A stretch of DNA of 64,000 bases from Treponemataceae bacterium (lineage in GTDB: Bacteria > Spirochaetota > Spirochaetia > Treponematales > Rectinemataceae): assembly GCA_963678065.2 (NCBI GenBank), contig CAXXVZ010000003.1, positions 352,001 to 416,000 on the forward strand, read 5' to 3'. Made by a program: the position numbers and the translations under genes. A model generated the notes under the pieces. It saw only the letters and a list, made by a program, of their open reading frames with translations, was not told the origin of the DNA and did not search any database. Shown here piece by piece: positions 29,485 through 41,225 of the stretch; the stretch's first letter is position 1, and every line of letters begins with the position of its first letter.

Positions 29485-29575
29485 TCGCGCGGGCGGTGTC
29501 TACGCGGGCGCCGCTTGCACGCACTCCGGGTCGGCCAGCTTCCGCTCTTGGAGCGCCCATCGTTCCGGCAGTGTG

Positions 29576-29615
29576 CGGGGAGGGATTCCCCGGAATCCCT
29601 CCCCGGTTTCTTTTT
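29576..29615 (+). terminator. Intrinsic terminator between oppA and oppB
   Basis: CGGGGAGGGATTCC/GGAATCCCTCCCCG inverted repeat followed by GTTTCTTTTT. Confidence 0.7.
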
Positions 29616-29770
29616 ATCGGGCTGAAGGGTCGCAGAGTGCGGACAGCGCCGGATGAGGCCTCTTCTCCGATACCGCATACGATTCTTGTTCCTTCCCATC
29701 TCGAAGGCGGCCATGGCCGACCTACCCTGGACTGATGCCATCCCGGCCCCAGTCCCGTTTGCGGGGTTAC

Positions 29771-31276
29771 ATGAAAGGTTACATATTCAAGAGGATTTTC
29801 CAATCCATCTTCTCGGTGTTCGTCGTCTCGCTGCTCACCGTTTTCCTGGTGTACTCCTGCATCCCGCGGCAGCTTGTCTTCAAGGGAGACCAGACCCTCC
29901 AGAAGCTCGCCAACAAGGCGGATGAGTACCAGGATTACAAATACCGGCAATGGAAACTGCTTGGGTACATCGAATACATTACCCAGAAAGAATATGCTCA
30001 ATCCTTATATGGGGCGGATTCGTCGAAGGTCCCGGAAGCCATGGCTCCCGGATCAGCGTTCGGGGATGAGTTCGAAAAGGCCATGAAGGCGAAAGGATTC
30101 AGAACCGCGCGGCAACCAGTGACCAATTACGTCTATGCCGTGCGCGATGTTCCGCTCATGACACGCGTTCTGCGCTGGTACGGACGTCTTGTGTTCATTG
30201 ACTATCCCGGACGTGTCAGGGATCCCGCAAATCCTGAGCTGAAGCGCGGTTACTACTTTGCCAGGGACTGGCACGGCCTGCCTGCCCTCGTGGCCTCGGG
30301 TACCCGCTACAAGTACCAGATATGGCTTGGCGATGGCTTCCCATGGATACACCAGAACATCATTACGCTTGATTTCGGCATATCGTACCCGACATACGAT
30401 GGAGTACCTGTCACTACAGTCATAGCTGGTGGTCAGGGGAGGACGGTAAAGCGCGAGGTCAGCGCGAAGCTCAACGGAGAGGAGAGCACATTCTTTACAT
30501 CCATCAACGAGCACACACTCAAGTACAAACCCTACCTGGACAAGCTCGATCTCAACAAATACGACGACCATTACGCTGACGGGAACAGCTACTTCGAAGA
30601 TCCCTCCATGATGGCGATTTCCTTCAATATCGGAACGGTCGCCCTCGTCATCTCTCTCGCTCTCGGGCTCAGCATCGGTGTGATAGCCGCCATGCGCAAG
30701 GATAAACTTTTTGACAAGGCCGTCATGGGCTACGTCGTTCTCATAAGCGCGATTCCGACGCTCCTTTACATCGCGCTCGTGGCGCGTTTCGGCATGCGGC
30801 TCTTGGGGCTGCCGGACAAGTTCCCCTTCATGGGATCGCACAATATTCTCTCCTACATCCTGCCGACACTCTCGCTCTCCCTCGGTGGAATCGCGGGGGA
30901 AGCGCTCTGGATACGGCGATACATGGTCGACCAGATGACCGCGGACTATGTCAAGTTCGCCCGTTCCAAGGGTTTATCCCAATCCGAAGTCTTTTTCCGC
31001 CATATTGTCCGCAACGCTCTCATCCCTGTCGTCCACAGTATTCCGATGGCTGTCATCGGAACCCTGGCCGGAGCCCTTATCACCGAGAGTTTCTACGCGG
31101 TCCCCGGTATGGGAAAGATGTTTCCGAGCGCCATCGGCGACTACAACAATGCCATGATCATCGCGCTCACATTCATATTCACGGTGATCTCCATTTTGGC
31201 CATATTCCTCGGCGATATTCTCGTGACCTTTGTCGATCCGCGCATCAGTCTCGCGGTCAAAAAGGAAGCGAGGTAA
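29771..31276 (+). CDS. oppB: Oligopeptide ABC permease (AmiC/OppB, with a large extracytoplasmic insert)
   Basis: DYVKFARSKGLS EAA loop, RHIVRNA, VDPRI. Confidence 0.92.
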   Translation: MKGYIFKRIFQSIFSVFVVSLLTVFLVYSCIPRQLVFKGDQTLQKLANKADEYQDYKYRQWKLLGYIEYITQKEYAQSLYGADSSKVPEAMAPGSAFGDEFEKAMKAKGFRTARQPVTNYVYAVRDVPLMTRVLRWYGRLVFIDYPGRVRDPANPELKRGYYFARDWHGLPALVASGTRYKYQIWLGDGFPWIHQNIITLDFGISYPTYDGVPVTTVIAGGQGRTVKREVSAKLNGEESTFFTSINEHTLKYKPYLDKLDLNKYDDHYADGNSYFEDPSMMAISFNIGTVALVISLALGLSIGVIAAMRKDKLFDKAVMGYVVLISAIPTLLYIALVARFGMRLLGLPDKFPFMGSHNILSYILPTLSLSLGGIAGEALWIRRYMVDQMTADYVKFARSKGLSQSEVFFRHIVRNALIPVVHSIPMAVIGTLAGALITESFYAVPGMGKMFPSAIGDYNNAMIIALTFIFTVISILAIFLGDILVTFVDPRISLAVKKEAR

Positions 31277-31279
31277 ACG

Positions 31280-32203
31280 ATGCAGAAAACAGTGGAACGA
31301 TTCGCCTTCGTCTCTTTCGATTCGCTCAAGTCCGAACACATCGCCGGACCGAGATACTCGTACTGGAAGTCGGTCTTCCAGACTTTTTTCAAGCGGAGAG
31401 TCGCGATTTTCTGGCTGGTGCTCCTTTTGTCCCTCACCCTGTTATCCTTCATCCAGCCTGTCATCTCCGGCTATGATCCGGCCTTCGCGCCGAACATCAA
31501 CACACCGTCGACCTGGAACCTTTCTCCTTCCGCCCAGCACTGGTTCGGGACCGACGACCGAGGCAACGACATGTGGGATGTCGTCTGGGCCGGCACGCGC
31601 ATGTCCCTGTCCATCGCCTTTATCGCCTGCGCCATCAACATCGGGCTCGGCATACTCGTGGGCGCGGTCTGGGGCTACTCGAAGCGCATCGACCCATTCC
31701 TCCTGACTCTCTACAATATTGTCTCGAATGTCCCCTCCATCCTCCGCTCGATGATGCTCATGTACATACTCGGGCGCGGCTTTTGGCAGATGATCTTCGC
31801 GATGACGATCACCGGCTGGCTCGGCATCGCCTTTTTCATCCGCACCCAGGTCATGATCATCCGCGACAGGGAGTACAACCTCGCATCCCGCTGTCTCGGA
31901 ACCCCCATGTCCCGGATGGTCACCCGCAACATCCTGCCCTACATGGTCTCGGTCATAGCCACGCTCATCTATCAGGAGGTCCCTGGCCTCATAAACACGG
32001 AGACGGTTCTCTCCTATCTCGGAATCGGCCTTCCTTCGACCTTCCCCTCGCTCGGAAGGATGATAGACGTCTACTGGGCCTTCGTGGACACGTATCCTCA
32101 TCTCATAGTCTTCCCGGGTCTGGTGATGGCACTCGTCACCATCTCCTTCTATGTCGTCGGACAGCTGTTCGCCGACGCCTCAGATCCCAGGACCCACCGC
32201 TAA
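31280..32203 (+). CDS. oppC: Oligopeptide ABC permease
   Basis: HWFGTDDRG, REYNLASRCLG, LSYLGIG, DASDPR. Confidence 0.93.
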   Translation: MQKTVERFAFVSFDSLKSEHIAGPRYSYWKSVFQTFFKRRVAIFWLVLLLSLTLLSFIQPVISGYDPAFAPNINTPSTWNLSPSAQHWFGTDDRGNDMWDVVWAGTRMSLSIAFIACAINIGLGILVGAVWGYSKRIDPFLLTLYNIVSNVPSILRSMMLMYILGRGFWQMIFAMTITGWLGIAFFIRTQVMIIRDREYNLASRCLGTPMSRMVTRNILPYMVSVIATLIYQEVPGLINTETVLSYLGIGLPSTFPSLGRMIDVYWAFVDTYPHLIVFPGLVMALVTISFYVVGQLFADASDPRTHR

Positions 32204-32213
32204 GGAGAGTGCG

Positions 32214-33295
<1,082 letters not shown>

Positions 33296-33299
<4 letters not shown>

Positions 33300-34222
33300 G
33301 CGACGTCGTGCTTTCGGTAAAAAACCTAGAGGTCACGTTCAAGAATGGCAAGGAGTCCTTCACCGCTGTCCGGGGCGTCAGTTTCGACGTCAGGCGGGGA
33401 GAATCTTTCGCACTTGTCGGCGAATCAGGATCAGGCAAGACGACTATCGGCCGCGCGATCGTGCGCATCAACCCGGCCACGGGCGGAGAGATCGGTTTCG
33501 AAGGGAAGAAAATATCGGGCGTGCTCGACGCGAAGACCGATTCCTGGGTCATCAGGAACATCCAGATGATTTTCCAGGATCCCATGGCCTCCCTCAACGA
33601 GAGGGCCACGGTGGACTACATCGTCTCCGAGGGGCTGAACAATTTCAAACTGTACAAGGATGAGAACGAAAGGCAGGAGAAGGTCTTCAGGGCCCTGACC
33701 GAGGTCGGTCTTCTCGAGGAGCACGCGGAGCGATACCCGCATGAGTTTTCGGGCGGACAGCGCCAACGCATCTGCATCGCCCGGGTTCTCGCCATGGAAC
33801 CGAAGTTCATCATCGCGGACGAACCCATCTCGGCCCTCGACGTATCCATCAGGGCCCAGGTGCTCAACCTCCTCAGCGATCTCCAGAAGGAGAGAGGGCT
33901 GTCCTACCTGTTCATCGCCCACGACCTGACAGTCGTGCGCTATTTTGCCGACAGGGTAGCCGTCATTCACCAGGGCGAACTCAAGGAGCTTGCCGAAACC
34001 GAAGAACTCTTCGCACGGCCCCTGCACCCTTACACGCGATCCCTGCTCTCGGCCGTCCCCGTGCCCGATCCAGACGTCGAGAAGGAAAAATCTCTTCTCA
34101 TCTACGACCCTTCGATGCACGATTATTCGAGCGAGCGCCCTTCCTGGGTCGAACTGTATCCCGGTCATTTCGTCCAGGCTAACCGGAGAGAGACCGAGGA
34201 GTACGGAAAGATGTACCGCTGA
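33296..34222 (+). CDS. oppF: Oligopeptide ABC ATP-binding protein
   Basis: GTG start overlapping the oppD stop; [29 protein letters not shown]. Confidence 0.95.
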
Positions 34223-34243
34223 CCGATGGCCCTGCGCGCGCAG

Positions 34244-34277
34244 ACAAAGGCGGCCTCCGACAGGGGGCCGCCTTTGT
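34244..34277. terminator. Bidirectional terminator between convergent genes
   Basis: ACAAAGGCGGCCTCC-GACA-GGGGGCCGCCTTTGT. Confidence 0.7.
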
Positions 34278-34293
34278 GCGTTGGCGGCGATCT

Positions 34294-35949
34294 TCAGTAC
34301 TTGAAGTCGCTGTCGCCAATGAACTCGCGGAGGATGGAATCCCGGGGCACGTATTGGGCCGGAATGGGCGAGAAATTGTCCAGGAAGGCCTGGATGCGCC
34401 GCGCTTCGGCGTATTCAGGATGTACAGGCTTGACTGTCCTCAACTGTGGCTCCGCGTAGACCTTGAGCACGCCGAGTTCGTAGTCCAGCGCGGAGTTGAA
34501 CACGGCGTCGGCGCCGTTCTGGAAGGGGAAAATGTACTTCCTCTCCCCATTCTGGACGGATTCCCACATGGAGAGGGTTGTCACGGCGCTGTTTCCCCTG
34601 AAATTGTAATCCCGCACGAGACGTCTTAGGAGCCGGTAATCGGTCGTGCTGATGCGGTTGTGGTCGTCAAGGTTGAGTTGAGTGAGCGCCGAGACATAGA
34701 TCTTGAACTTGTTTTCAGGTGGGACAAGGGGGGTCAGTTTGTCATTGAGTCCGTGGATGCCCTCAAGAACGAGGATCTCTTTTCCGGTAATGCTTACGAA
34801 GCGGCCCGAGGGTCTCCTTGAGCCAGCCTTGAAGTCGTACAGGGGAAGCTCCACGGTTTCGCCCGCGAAGAGACGCAGAAGCTGGTCGTTGAGGTAGGCC
34901 ACATCGAGAGCCTCGAGGCATTCGAAGTCGGGTTTCCCGTCAGCATCGAGGGGAGTTCTGTCCCTGTTGACGAAATAGTTGTCGAGTTCGATCGTGACAG
35001 GGGTGAAACCCATCACTTTCAGCTGGATCGCGAGTTTTTTGGATGTCGTCGTCTTCCCCGAGCTGGAGGGACCGGCGATGAGGACGACCCTGACCTTGTC
35101 CGAGCGCGCGGCGATTTTGTCGGCGATAGCCGCGATTTTCTTGTTCTGAAGTGTCTCCGCGATCGCGATGTAGTCTCTTATCCCTTTCGAGGCGATGACC
35201 TTGTTGAGGGCTCCCACGGATCCGGCGCCGAGCACCTTGCCGCGCTCGCGGTACTCCTTCGCTATGGAATACAGGACTGGCTCATCGACGAAGGGCGTGA
35301 GAAAATCCGGTTTCTCCTTGTGCGGGTAGCGGAGGAGGAATCCACCCTGGTAAGCCACCAGCTCCCAGGTCATGAGGACAGCTGTGGAGGGAACCAAGGG
35401 GGCGATGTGGAGATCCCTGAATCCCGCGCACTCGTTGAGGGGAATGTGCGGCTCGTTCATGTGCTCGAGGAGGAGAAGCGTGTCCTGCTGACCACTCTCC
35501 TCGAAATACTTCATCGCCTTGGACCACGACCACTCCTCTATATTTATGTCGATATCGCGCGCGACGAAACTCCGCATGTGCGCCGCGAGCGCCTCGATGT
35601 CCGTGGAGGTGATGGGCTTATCGTCGTCGTAGAAATGATAAAAACCGGTTCCGATCGCCATCCCGGCGACGAGACGACGGCCGGGAAAAACCTCACGCGA
35701 GGCTATGGCGAGAAGGAAACAGAGCGAACGCCGATAGGTCGCGGCGCCCTGGGCCATGCCGACTGTGACGGGAAGCACTGTGCAGTCAGTTTTGATCACT
35801 GAATTGGCTGACTTGAGTTCGTTGTCCAGAAGGACTGCCGCCAGCGGATTCGAGAGCGGACCCGCCGCGCCCAGAACGTCTGAAACCCGCACTCCCGCCG
35901 GATAAACCTGCGTTTCCCCAGACGCGAAAGTGATGGTCACTTGTTTCAT
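34294..35949 (-). CDS. Uridine/nucleoside kinase family protein with N-terminal TGS/ThrRS-like domain
   Basis: C-terminal P-loop AGPSSSGKTT, LDNYF, EGIHGLN, LRRLVRD; N-terminus resembles the ThrRS N-domain. Confidence 0.85.
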   Translation of the reverse strand: MKQVTITFASGETQVYPAGVRVSDVLGAAGPLSNPLAAVLLDNELKSANSVIKTDCTVLPVTVGMAQGAATYRRSLCFLLAIASREVFPGRRLVAGMAIGTGFYHFYDDDKPITSTDIEALAAHMRSFVARDIDINIEEWSWSKAMKYFEESGQQDTLLLLEHMNEPHIPLNECAGFRDLHIAPLVPSTAVLMTWELVAYQGGFLLRYPHKEKPDFLTPFVDEPVLYSIAKEYRERGKVLGAGSVGALNKVIASKGIRDYIAIAETLQNKKIAAIADKIAARSDKVRVVLIAGPSSSGKTTTSKKLAIQLKVMGFTPVTIELDNYFVNRDRTPLDADGKPDFECLEALDVAYLNDQLLRLFAGETVELPLYDFKAGSRRPSGRFVSITGKEILVLEGIHGLNDKLTPLVPPENKFKIYVSALTQLNLDDHNRISTTDYRLLRRLVRDYNFRGNSAVTTLSMWESVQNGERKYIFPFQNGADAVFNSALDYELGVLKVYAEPQLRTVKPVHPEYAEARRIQAFLDNFSPIPAQYVPRDSILREFIGDSDFKY

Positions 35950-36011
35950 GAACGCCTCCTCGATGTCAGTTGTTCAGTATAGCTTCTTTTTCGGTAGCTG
36001 AAGAGTGCTTG

Positions 36012-36040
36012 TTGACCGATTTACATAGTCGGTCTACACT
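36012..36040 (+). promoter_or_regulatory. Putative promoter of the lacI-family gene, overlapping possible operator sites
   Basis: TTGACC, 17 bp, TACACT; the region contains GACCGATTTACA and GTCGGTCTACA. Confidence 0.5.
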
Positions 36041-36058
36041 CGAACCCGGAGAGTCGAC

Positions 36059-37186
36059 ATGCGAATAACCATCAAGGACATAGCGGAAAAGGCCGGGGTC
36101 TCCAAGACCACTGTTTCCTTCGCCCTCAACAAGCCGGGGCGCATTTCTGCCGAAACCCGCGACAGAATACTCACGATCGTGAAGGAGATGGGCTATGTCC
36201 CAGATCCTGTCGCCCGGACCCTCACAACGAAGAGGCTTGGCGCCCTCGGGCTCCTTCTTCCGCAGCCCATCTCCGAGGCTCTCCGCAATCCCTATCTCTG
36301 CGAAATAATCCGCGGAATAGGTTCCGCCTGCGAGGCGCGAGAACTCTCGCTCACAATGCTCCCTCCAGTCCGAGGAAAAATCATAGAAGCCGCGCGACGT
36401 TCGTTCGTGGATGGAATCCTGACAATCGGAGTCGGGGCCGACCATGAGGTGGTGGAGCTGCTGCACAGGCGGCACGTTCCCTTCGTCACCATCGATGGTT
36501 CGCCGAGCGACATGACCATCAATGTCGGCATAGACGACGAGGACGCTGCCTACCGGCTCATGAAGTACCTCATCGGCCTCGGCCACAGGAAAATCGCAAT
36601 ATTTGCGCTCAAACCGGATATTTTCGGCATGGCGGGCGACCATTTTTCCCTTGTCAGCAAAGAGCGCATGGATGGCTTCTGTCGCGCCCTCATGGAGGCG
36701 GGATGCGCATTTGAAGGCGATTCCTCGGGGAGAGGCAGGAGTGGAACGGGAATCAGGCCTCCGGTGGAGGAATTCACTGATGGAAGACTTCGCTGCGACG
36801 CGCTCTGGCGCGTGACCAGTTCGCAGGTCGAATGCTCCCGATCCGGAGGAGAATCGGCTGCCCGTGAACTTCTGACCGGCGTTCCGGCTTCCGCGCGGCC
36901 CACCGCGATTGTCGCCATGGCGGATGTCGTGGCCCTCGGTGTCATGGATACCTGCTACCGGCTCGGCATCGGGATTCCCGGAGAGATATCGCTTGTGGGC
37001 TTCGACGACATTCCCGAAGCGGCTCTCGCGAATCCCCCGCTGACGACACTGAGGCAACCTGGAACCGAGAAGGGAAGGGTCGCTGCCGAAATGGTCCTCG
37101 ATATTCTGGATGGCGGCGAAGTCAGTCACAGACGTCTCGAAGCCGACCTCGTCGTGAGGGCCTCGACCGCGATCCCTTGTCTGTGA
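36059..37186 (+). CDS. LacI-family transcriptional regulator
   Basis: TIKDIAEKAGVSKTTVSFALN HTH, YVPDPVARTL, GFDD, PPLTTLRQP. Confidence 0.95.
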   Translation: MRITIKDIAEKAGVSKTTVSFALNKPGRISAETRDRILTIVKEMGYVPDPVARTLTTKRLGALGLLLPQPISEALRNPYLCEIIRGIGSACEARELSLTMLPPVRGKIIEAARRSFVDGILTIGVGADHEVVELLHRRHVPFVTIDGSPSDMTINVGIDDEDAAYRLMKYLIGLGHRKIAIFALKPDIFGMAGDHFSLVSKERMDGFCRALMEAGCAFEGDSSGRGRSGTGIRPPVEEFTDGRLRCDALWRVTSSQVECSRSGGESAARELLTGVPASARPTAIVAMADVVALGVMDTCYRLGIGIPGEISLVGFDDIPEAALANPPLTTLRQPGTEKGRVAAEMVLDILDGGEVSHRRLEADLVVRASTAIPCL

Positions 37187-37211
37187 TTGATTTGTGAAAA
37201 GGAGTACAGCC

Positions 37212-39017
37212 ATGGAGAAATCCGCAACTATCCCCCTGCGGTCCGAAGTCGATTCCGGGCAGCGATGGAACCTTTCCCGTCTCTTCCCCGATGAAGCTGC
37301 CTGGGAAGAAGGATTGAAGCAGTTCGAAACCATGAAGGGCGGCATCGCCGCATTCAGAGGGAATCTCGGCAAAGATCCGGAATCCTTCCTCGGAGCCTTG
37401 GCGTATTACTGCAATTCGGGGCTCCTCGACGAAAGGCTCGGCTATTATGCGCATCTCAGGGTCTCCGAAGATGAAGGAGACAACGCTGCCCGCAGTCGTT
37501 TTTCCCGCTACATGATGGCGACCACGGCTTTCCAGGGCGAGTGGTCCTGGTTCGGCCCGGAAATCCAGTCCTTGCCGGACAGTTTCATAGCTTCCTGCCT
37601 CGGGGATCCGCGATTCGCAGAGTACAGAGTCTTCATATCGAAGCTGATCCGCTTCAAGCCGCACATCCTCTCGGCCTCCGAGGAGAGGCTGCTCGCCCTC
37701 CAGGCCGAGTGCAATCAGACTCCCTCCGAAACCTTCTCCGTTCTCACGAACGTCGACATCGATTTCGGAACCGTAGAAATGCCTGAAGGCGGAAAGCCGC
37801 TCACGCAATCCACATTCGCCTCTTTCATGCGCAATCCCGACAGGGAAATCAGAAAGAAAGCATACCTCCAGTTCTATTCCTCTTATGAGTCCCACAAGAA
37901 CACGATCGCGAGCCTGTACTCGGGAACGGTCAAGCAGGATAAATACTCCGCCACCGTCCGCAACTATTCCGGCGCACGCGTGCAGGCGCTTTTCCCCGAC
38001 AAGGTTCCCGAAAGTGTCTACGATAACCTGGTATCCACTGTCAGCGCCAATCTCGGCCCGCTCCACGAGTACTATGGACTCCGGAAGCGCGTCATGAAGC
38101 TGGACGAGCTCCGGCACTACGACGTCTATGTTCCCATCATGCGCGAGAAAAGCTCGCGACACTCCTTTGGGGAAGCGGTCGATATCGTCTCCGAAGCCCT
38201 CGCCCCCCTCGGAGCGGAATACGTTTCTACGCTCCGCGCGGGACTCACGGGTGGCTGGGTGGATCGCTACGAGAACAAAGGCAAGCGCTCGGGCGCCTTC
38301 TCCGCGGGATCTTTTGCGGGAGACCCATACATCCTCATGAATTACAAAGAGGATGTCCTCCGCGATGTCTTCACTCTCGCCCATGAGGGCGGCCACTCCA
38401 TGCACTCGTGGTACTCTGCGCGCTCGAATCCATTTTTGTCCTACAATTACACGATTTTTGAAGCCGAGGTCGCGAGCACCTTCAATGAGCAGCTCGTCTT
38501 CAAGTACCTGTACGAAGGCGCCCAGGATAAAGCGGAACGCGCGGCCCTCATCAACAACAAGGTCGATGATCTCCTCGCCACCCTGTTCCGCCAGACCATG
38601 TTCGCGGAGTTCGAGCACAGGACCCACGCCATGATGGAGGCGGGGGAGGCCCTGACTGTCGACAGTCTCAGGTCGGAGTACCGTGCGCTCCTTGCCAAAT
38701 ACTTCGGCCCCGCGATGGTTCTTGAAGCTGTGTCGGACTTGGAAGGCTTGCGGATTCCGCACTTCTACAATGCCTTCTATGTCTACAAATACGCCACCGG
38801 GATCTCGGCGAGCATCGCCCTCTCCAAGCGTGTTCTCGAGGGAGGGGAGAACGAGCGCGCCGATTACTTCGCATTCCTCCGTTCAGGTGGCTCGCGCTTC
38901 CCCATCGAGTCGCTCAAAGTCGCGGGTGTGGATATGTCGACGCCGGAACCAATAGAGGCCGCATGCGGGGAGTTTGCAGCCAATGTCAGGGAACTGTCGG
39001 CGTTGCTCGGTGTCTGA
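37212..39017 (+). CDS. pepF: Oligoendopeptidase F (M3B)
   Basis: GKRSGAFS, TLAHEGGHSMH (HEXXH), AEVAST, RQTMFAEFE, RIPHFY...FYVYKYATG. Confidence 0.95.
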   Translation: MEKSATIPLRSEVDSGQRWNLSRLFPDEAAWEEGLKQFETMKGGIAAFRGNLGKDPESFLGALAYYCNSGLLDERLGYYAHLRVSEDEGDNAARSRFSRYMMATTAFQGEWSWFGPEIQSLPDSFIASCLGDPRFAEYRVFISKLIRFKPHILSASEERLLALQAECNQTPSETFSVLTNVDIDFGTVEMPEGGKPLTQSTFASFMRNPDREIRKKAYLQFYSSYESHKNTIASLYSGTVKQDKYSATVRNYSGARVQALFPDKVPESVYDNLVSTVSANLGPLHEYYGLRKRVMKLDELRHYDVYVPIMREKSSRHSFGEAVDIVSEALAPLGAEYVSTLRAGLTGGWVDRYENKGKRSGAFSAGSFAGDPYILMNYKEDVLRDVFTLAHEGGHSMHSWYSARSNPFLSYNYTIFEAEVASTFNEQLVFKYLYEGAQDKAERAALINNKVDDLLATLFRQTMFAEFEHRTHAMMEAGEALTVDSLRSEYRALLAKYFGPAMVLEAVSDLEGLRIPHFYNAFYVYKYATGISASIALSKRVLEGGENERADYFAFLRSGGSRFPIESLKVAGVDMSTPEPIEAACGEFAANVRELSALLGV

Positions 39018-39058
39018 GCGGCCCCGCATCCCGCCGGGACCGGGAACCGTTCAGAGTT

Positions 39059-39796
39059 CTACATGATACCCAATTTGGCGAGAGAAAGGACGACGGCCGC
39101 GCAAGCGGCTGTCTCCGTTTTCAGTATCCGGTCTCCGAGTGACGCAAGGCGGAAACCCGCTTCCTTCAGAACAGCGAGTTCCCTCGCGGTCCATCCCCTC
39201 TCGCTTCCGATCGCGAGGATGAGCTTTCCGCGACCAGCCTCCGAAAGCCCCAAGCTGCCGAACGGAACGGCTTCGGGGTCGGGATGGAAGACGATCCGGG
39301 ACTCCCAATTCCCCTCCGCGGGCCTGAGGCTGGCAAGACAGCGGTCGAGGGTCCAGTGGCTCGAAACCTGGGGAAGCCAGGGAGAAGCGGCCTGCTCGGC
39401 GCCCTCGAGCAGTGCCCGGCGGTATTCGCTCTTGCGGAAGAAATCGCTCTGTATGTAGGATTTTTCCCCGAGATCCGTGCCTGTGAGCATAATCTCCCCA
39501 ACGCCGAGACTGCAGAGATCCTTGAATATCCTGTTCGCCTGGATGGGGCGGGGAAAGCCCAGCACGAGTGTGACAGGATGGAGACGAGGAGCCTCTTTCT
39601 CCGCGGAAAAATCGAGGATGAGGCCATCCTTGTCCAACTGGATGATTGTAGCCTTCCCGATGCTGCCGTCGGTGCAGCCGGCGAGAACGGAATCGCCGGG
39701 ACCCTTGCGGAGGACCTTCGAGAGGTGCTCCCACCTGTGGTCGCTGCGTGGCAAAAGAGCGCCGGATTCTCCGGGTTCCAGAATGAGCATGTTCAT
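39059..39796 (-). CDS. rsmE: 16S rRNA m3U1498 methyltransferase
   Basis: HLSKVLR, EGAEQA, AIGSERGW, LGDRILKTETA SPOUT motif. Confidence 0.9.
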   Translation of the reverse strand: MNMLILEPGESGALLPRSDHRWEHLSKVLRKGPGDSVLAGCTDGSIGKATIIQLDKDGLILDFSAEKEAPRLHPVTLVLGFPRPIQANRIFKDLCSLGVGEIMLTGTDLGEKSYIQSDFFRKSEYRRALLEGAEQAASPWLPQVSSHWTLDRCLASLRPAEGNWESRIVFHPDPEAVPFGSLGLSEAGRGKLILAIGSERGWTARELAVLKEAGFRLASLGDRILKTETAACAAVVLSLAKLGIM

Positions 39797-39971
39797 CGCG
39801 AAGGAAGGCTACTCCGGGAGTTCTCCGGATGTAAAGAAGGGCGCCGTGCGTAAACGGCGCCCTTCGCGGTGGTGAGCGGTGGAAAGAGTGCCCGCATGCG
39901 CCCCCTGCCGGGGTCCGCCCGCCATGACTCCGACGGAGCAAGGGGGCGGTGTCTGGCATACGTTCCGGTGT

Positions 39972-41225
39972 CTATTCTTTTCCCCGCACCCCCTCCCGCA
40001 CTGTTTCCACAGTCCCCACCGGATCGAAACTGGAAATGCTCACGCCCAAACACGGACAGTCGGCCGAATAATCGATACCATCCACGGAAAAACCGTGGAT
40101 GCGAAGAAAATCGGTCCGGAATCCTTCGATGTCGGCGAGATTGAAGAGGTTGTCTTCCCTGACCTTCTGCATGCGTGACTCGACTTCTGACTGGACGGCC
40201 GCTCCCATCTCGAGATCGTCGATACGGATTCTTCCCGCATCGTCCAGTATCATTGAAGAACCCGTATAGAGCCGCTCCCTGAACAGCCTGTCGGCCTGCG
40301 CGATGCAGTCCTCGTGGATTCCCCGCTCCTTCATGACTTTGAAGAGCGTTGAAACGTACAGGGGTATGATGGGGATGACGGCGCTTGCCCGGGTTACAAG
40401 CGCTTTGTTGACCGATACATAGGCGTGAAGCCCGCGCGCGCCGTAGTCCCTGTTGAGGATGGCGGAAGTGTATTCGAGATGAGCCTTGGCCTTGCCGATG
40501 GTGCCGTCGTGGTAGATGGGCCAGGAGAGAGCCGGCCCGATGTAGGAATAAGCGATGGTGGTGGCGCGGCTGGCGAGGACATCGCCAGCCGCGAGTGCCT
40601 CGATCCAGAGTTGCCAGTCCTCTCCGCCCATGACTTTCACCGTCTCGAAGGCTTCGGCCTCGGTGGCCTCTGATATCTCGGCATCGGAGATGGCGCCTGT
40701 GAACATGTCCACCGACTTGCCGCGGTATGGGCGATACAGGGGCTTTATGACTGATTTGTACATGACGCCGGTTTCGGGGTCGACTCTGACGGGAGAGGCG
40801 AGGGAGTATATGATAAGGTCGAATCGCAGTCCGGATTCGGTGGCCCGGCGAACGACTTCGTTTTTTATCCCTTTGCTGAAGGCGTCGCCGTCGAATGTGA
40901 AAGAATCGATGCCTGCGATGGAGGCCGCCTCGTCGAAGGCTCTGTTGTTGTACCAGCCGGCTGTGCCGACTTTTGTTTCGGTGGCCTCTTTCTCGTAGGA
41001 GACGCCGTAGGTCCTCGCCCCGTATCCGAACGCCGCCACAATGCGGGAAGCGAGACCATAGCCGGTGGAGCATCCGATGACGAGGACATTCACAGGTCCC
41101 CTCCTTTCGGAGGAGAGATCCTTTCTCTTCCGCGCGAAGCGTATCTGCCGCGCCACCTCGGCGGCGCAGCCCGCGGGATGGGCGTTGATGCAGATATTGT
41201 TGCGGACCATGGGTTTCAGAATCAT
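39972..41225 (-). CDS. fabV: trans-2-enoyl-ACP/CoA reductase
   Basis: INAHPAGC, IGCSTGYGLASRI, AGWYN, GDAFS, YSLASP, VMGGEDW, YHDGTIGKAK. Confidence 0.93.
   Translation of the reverse strand: MILKPMVRNNICINAHPAGCAAEVARQIRFARKRKDLSSERRGPVNVLVIGCSTGYGLASRIVAAFGYGARTYGVSYEKEATETKVGTAGWYNNRAFDEAASIAGIDSFTFDGDAFSKGIKNEVVRRATESGLRFDLIIYSLASPVRVDPETGVMYKSVIKPLYRPYRGKSVDMFTGAISDAEISEATEAEAFETVKVMGGEDWQLWIEALAAGDVLASRATTIAYSYIGPALSWPIYHDGTIGKAKAHLEYTSAILNRDYGARGLHAYVSVNKALVTRASAVIPIIPLYVSTLFKVMKERGIHEDCIAQADRLFRERLYTGSSMILDDAGRIRIDDLEMGAAVQSEVESRMQKVREDNLFNLADIEGFRTDFLRIHGFSVDGIDYSADCPCLGVSISSFDPVGTVETVREGVRGKE

Noticed and set aside
36059..37186. This LacI as the iol repressor
   Set aside because: It is about 15 kb from iolE, and its own promoter carries a different motif (GACCG/TACA). 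No positive evidence links it to the iol operator.
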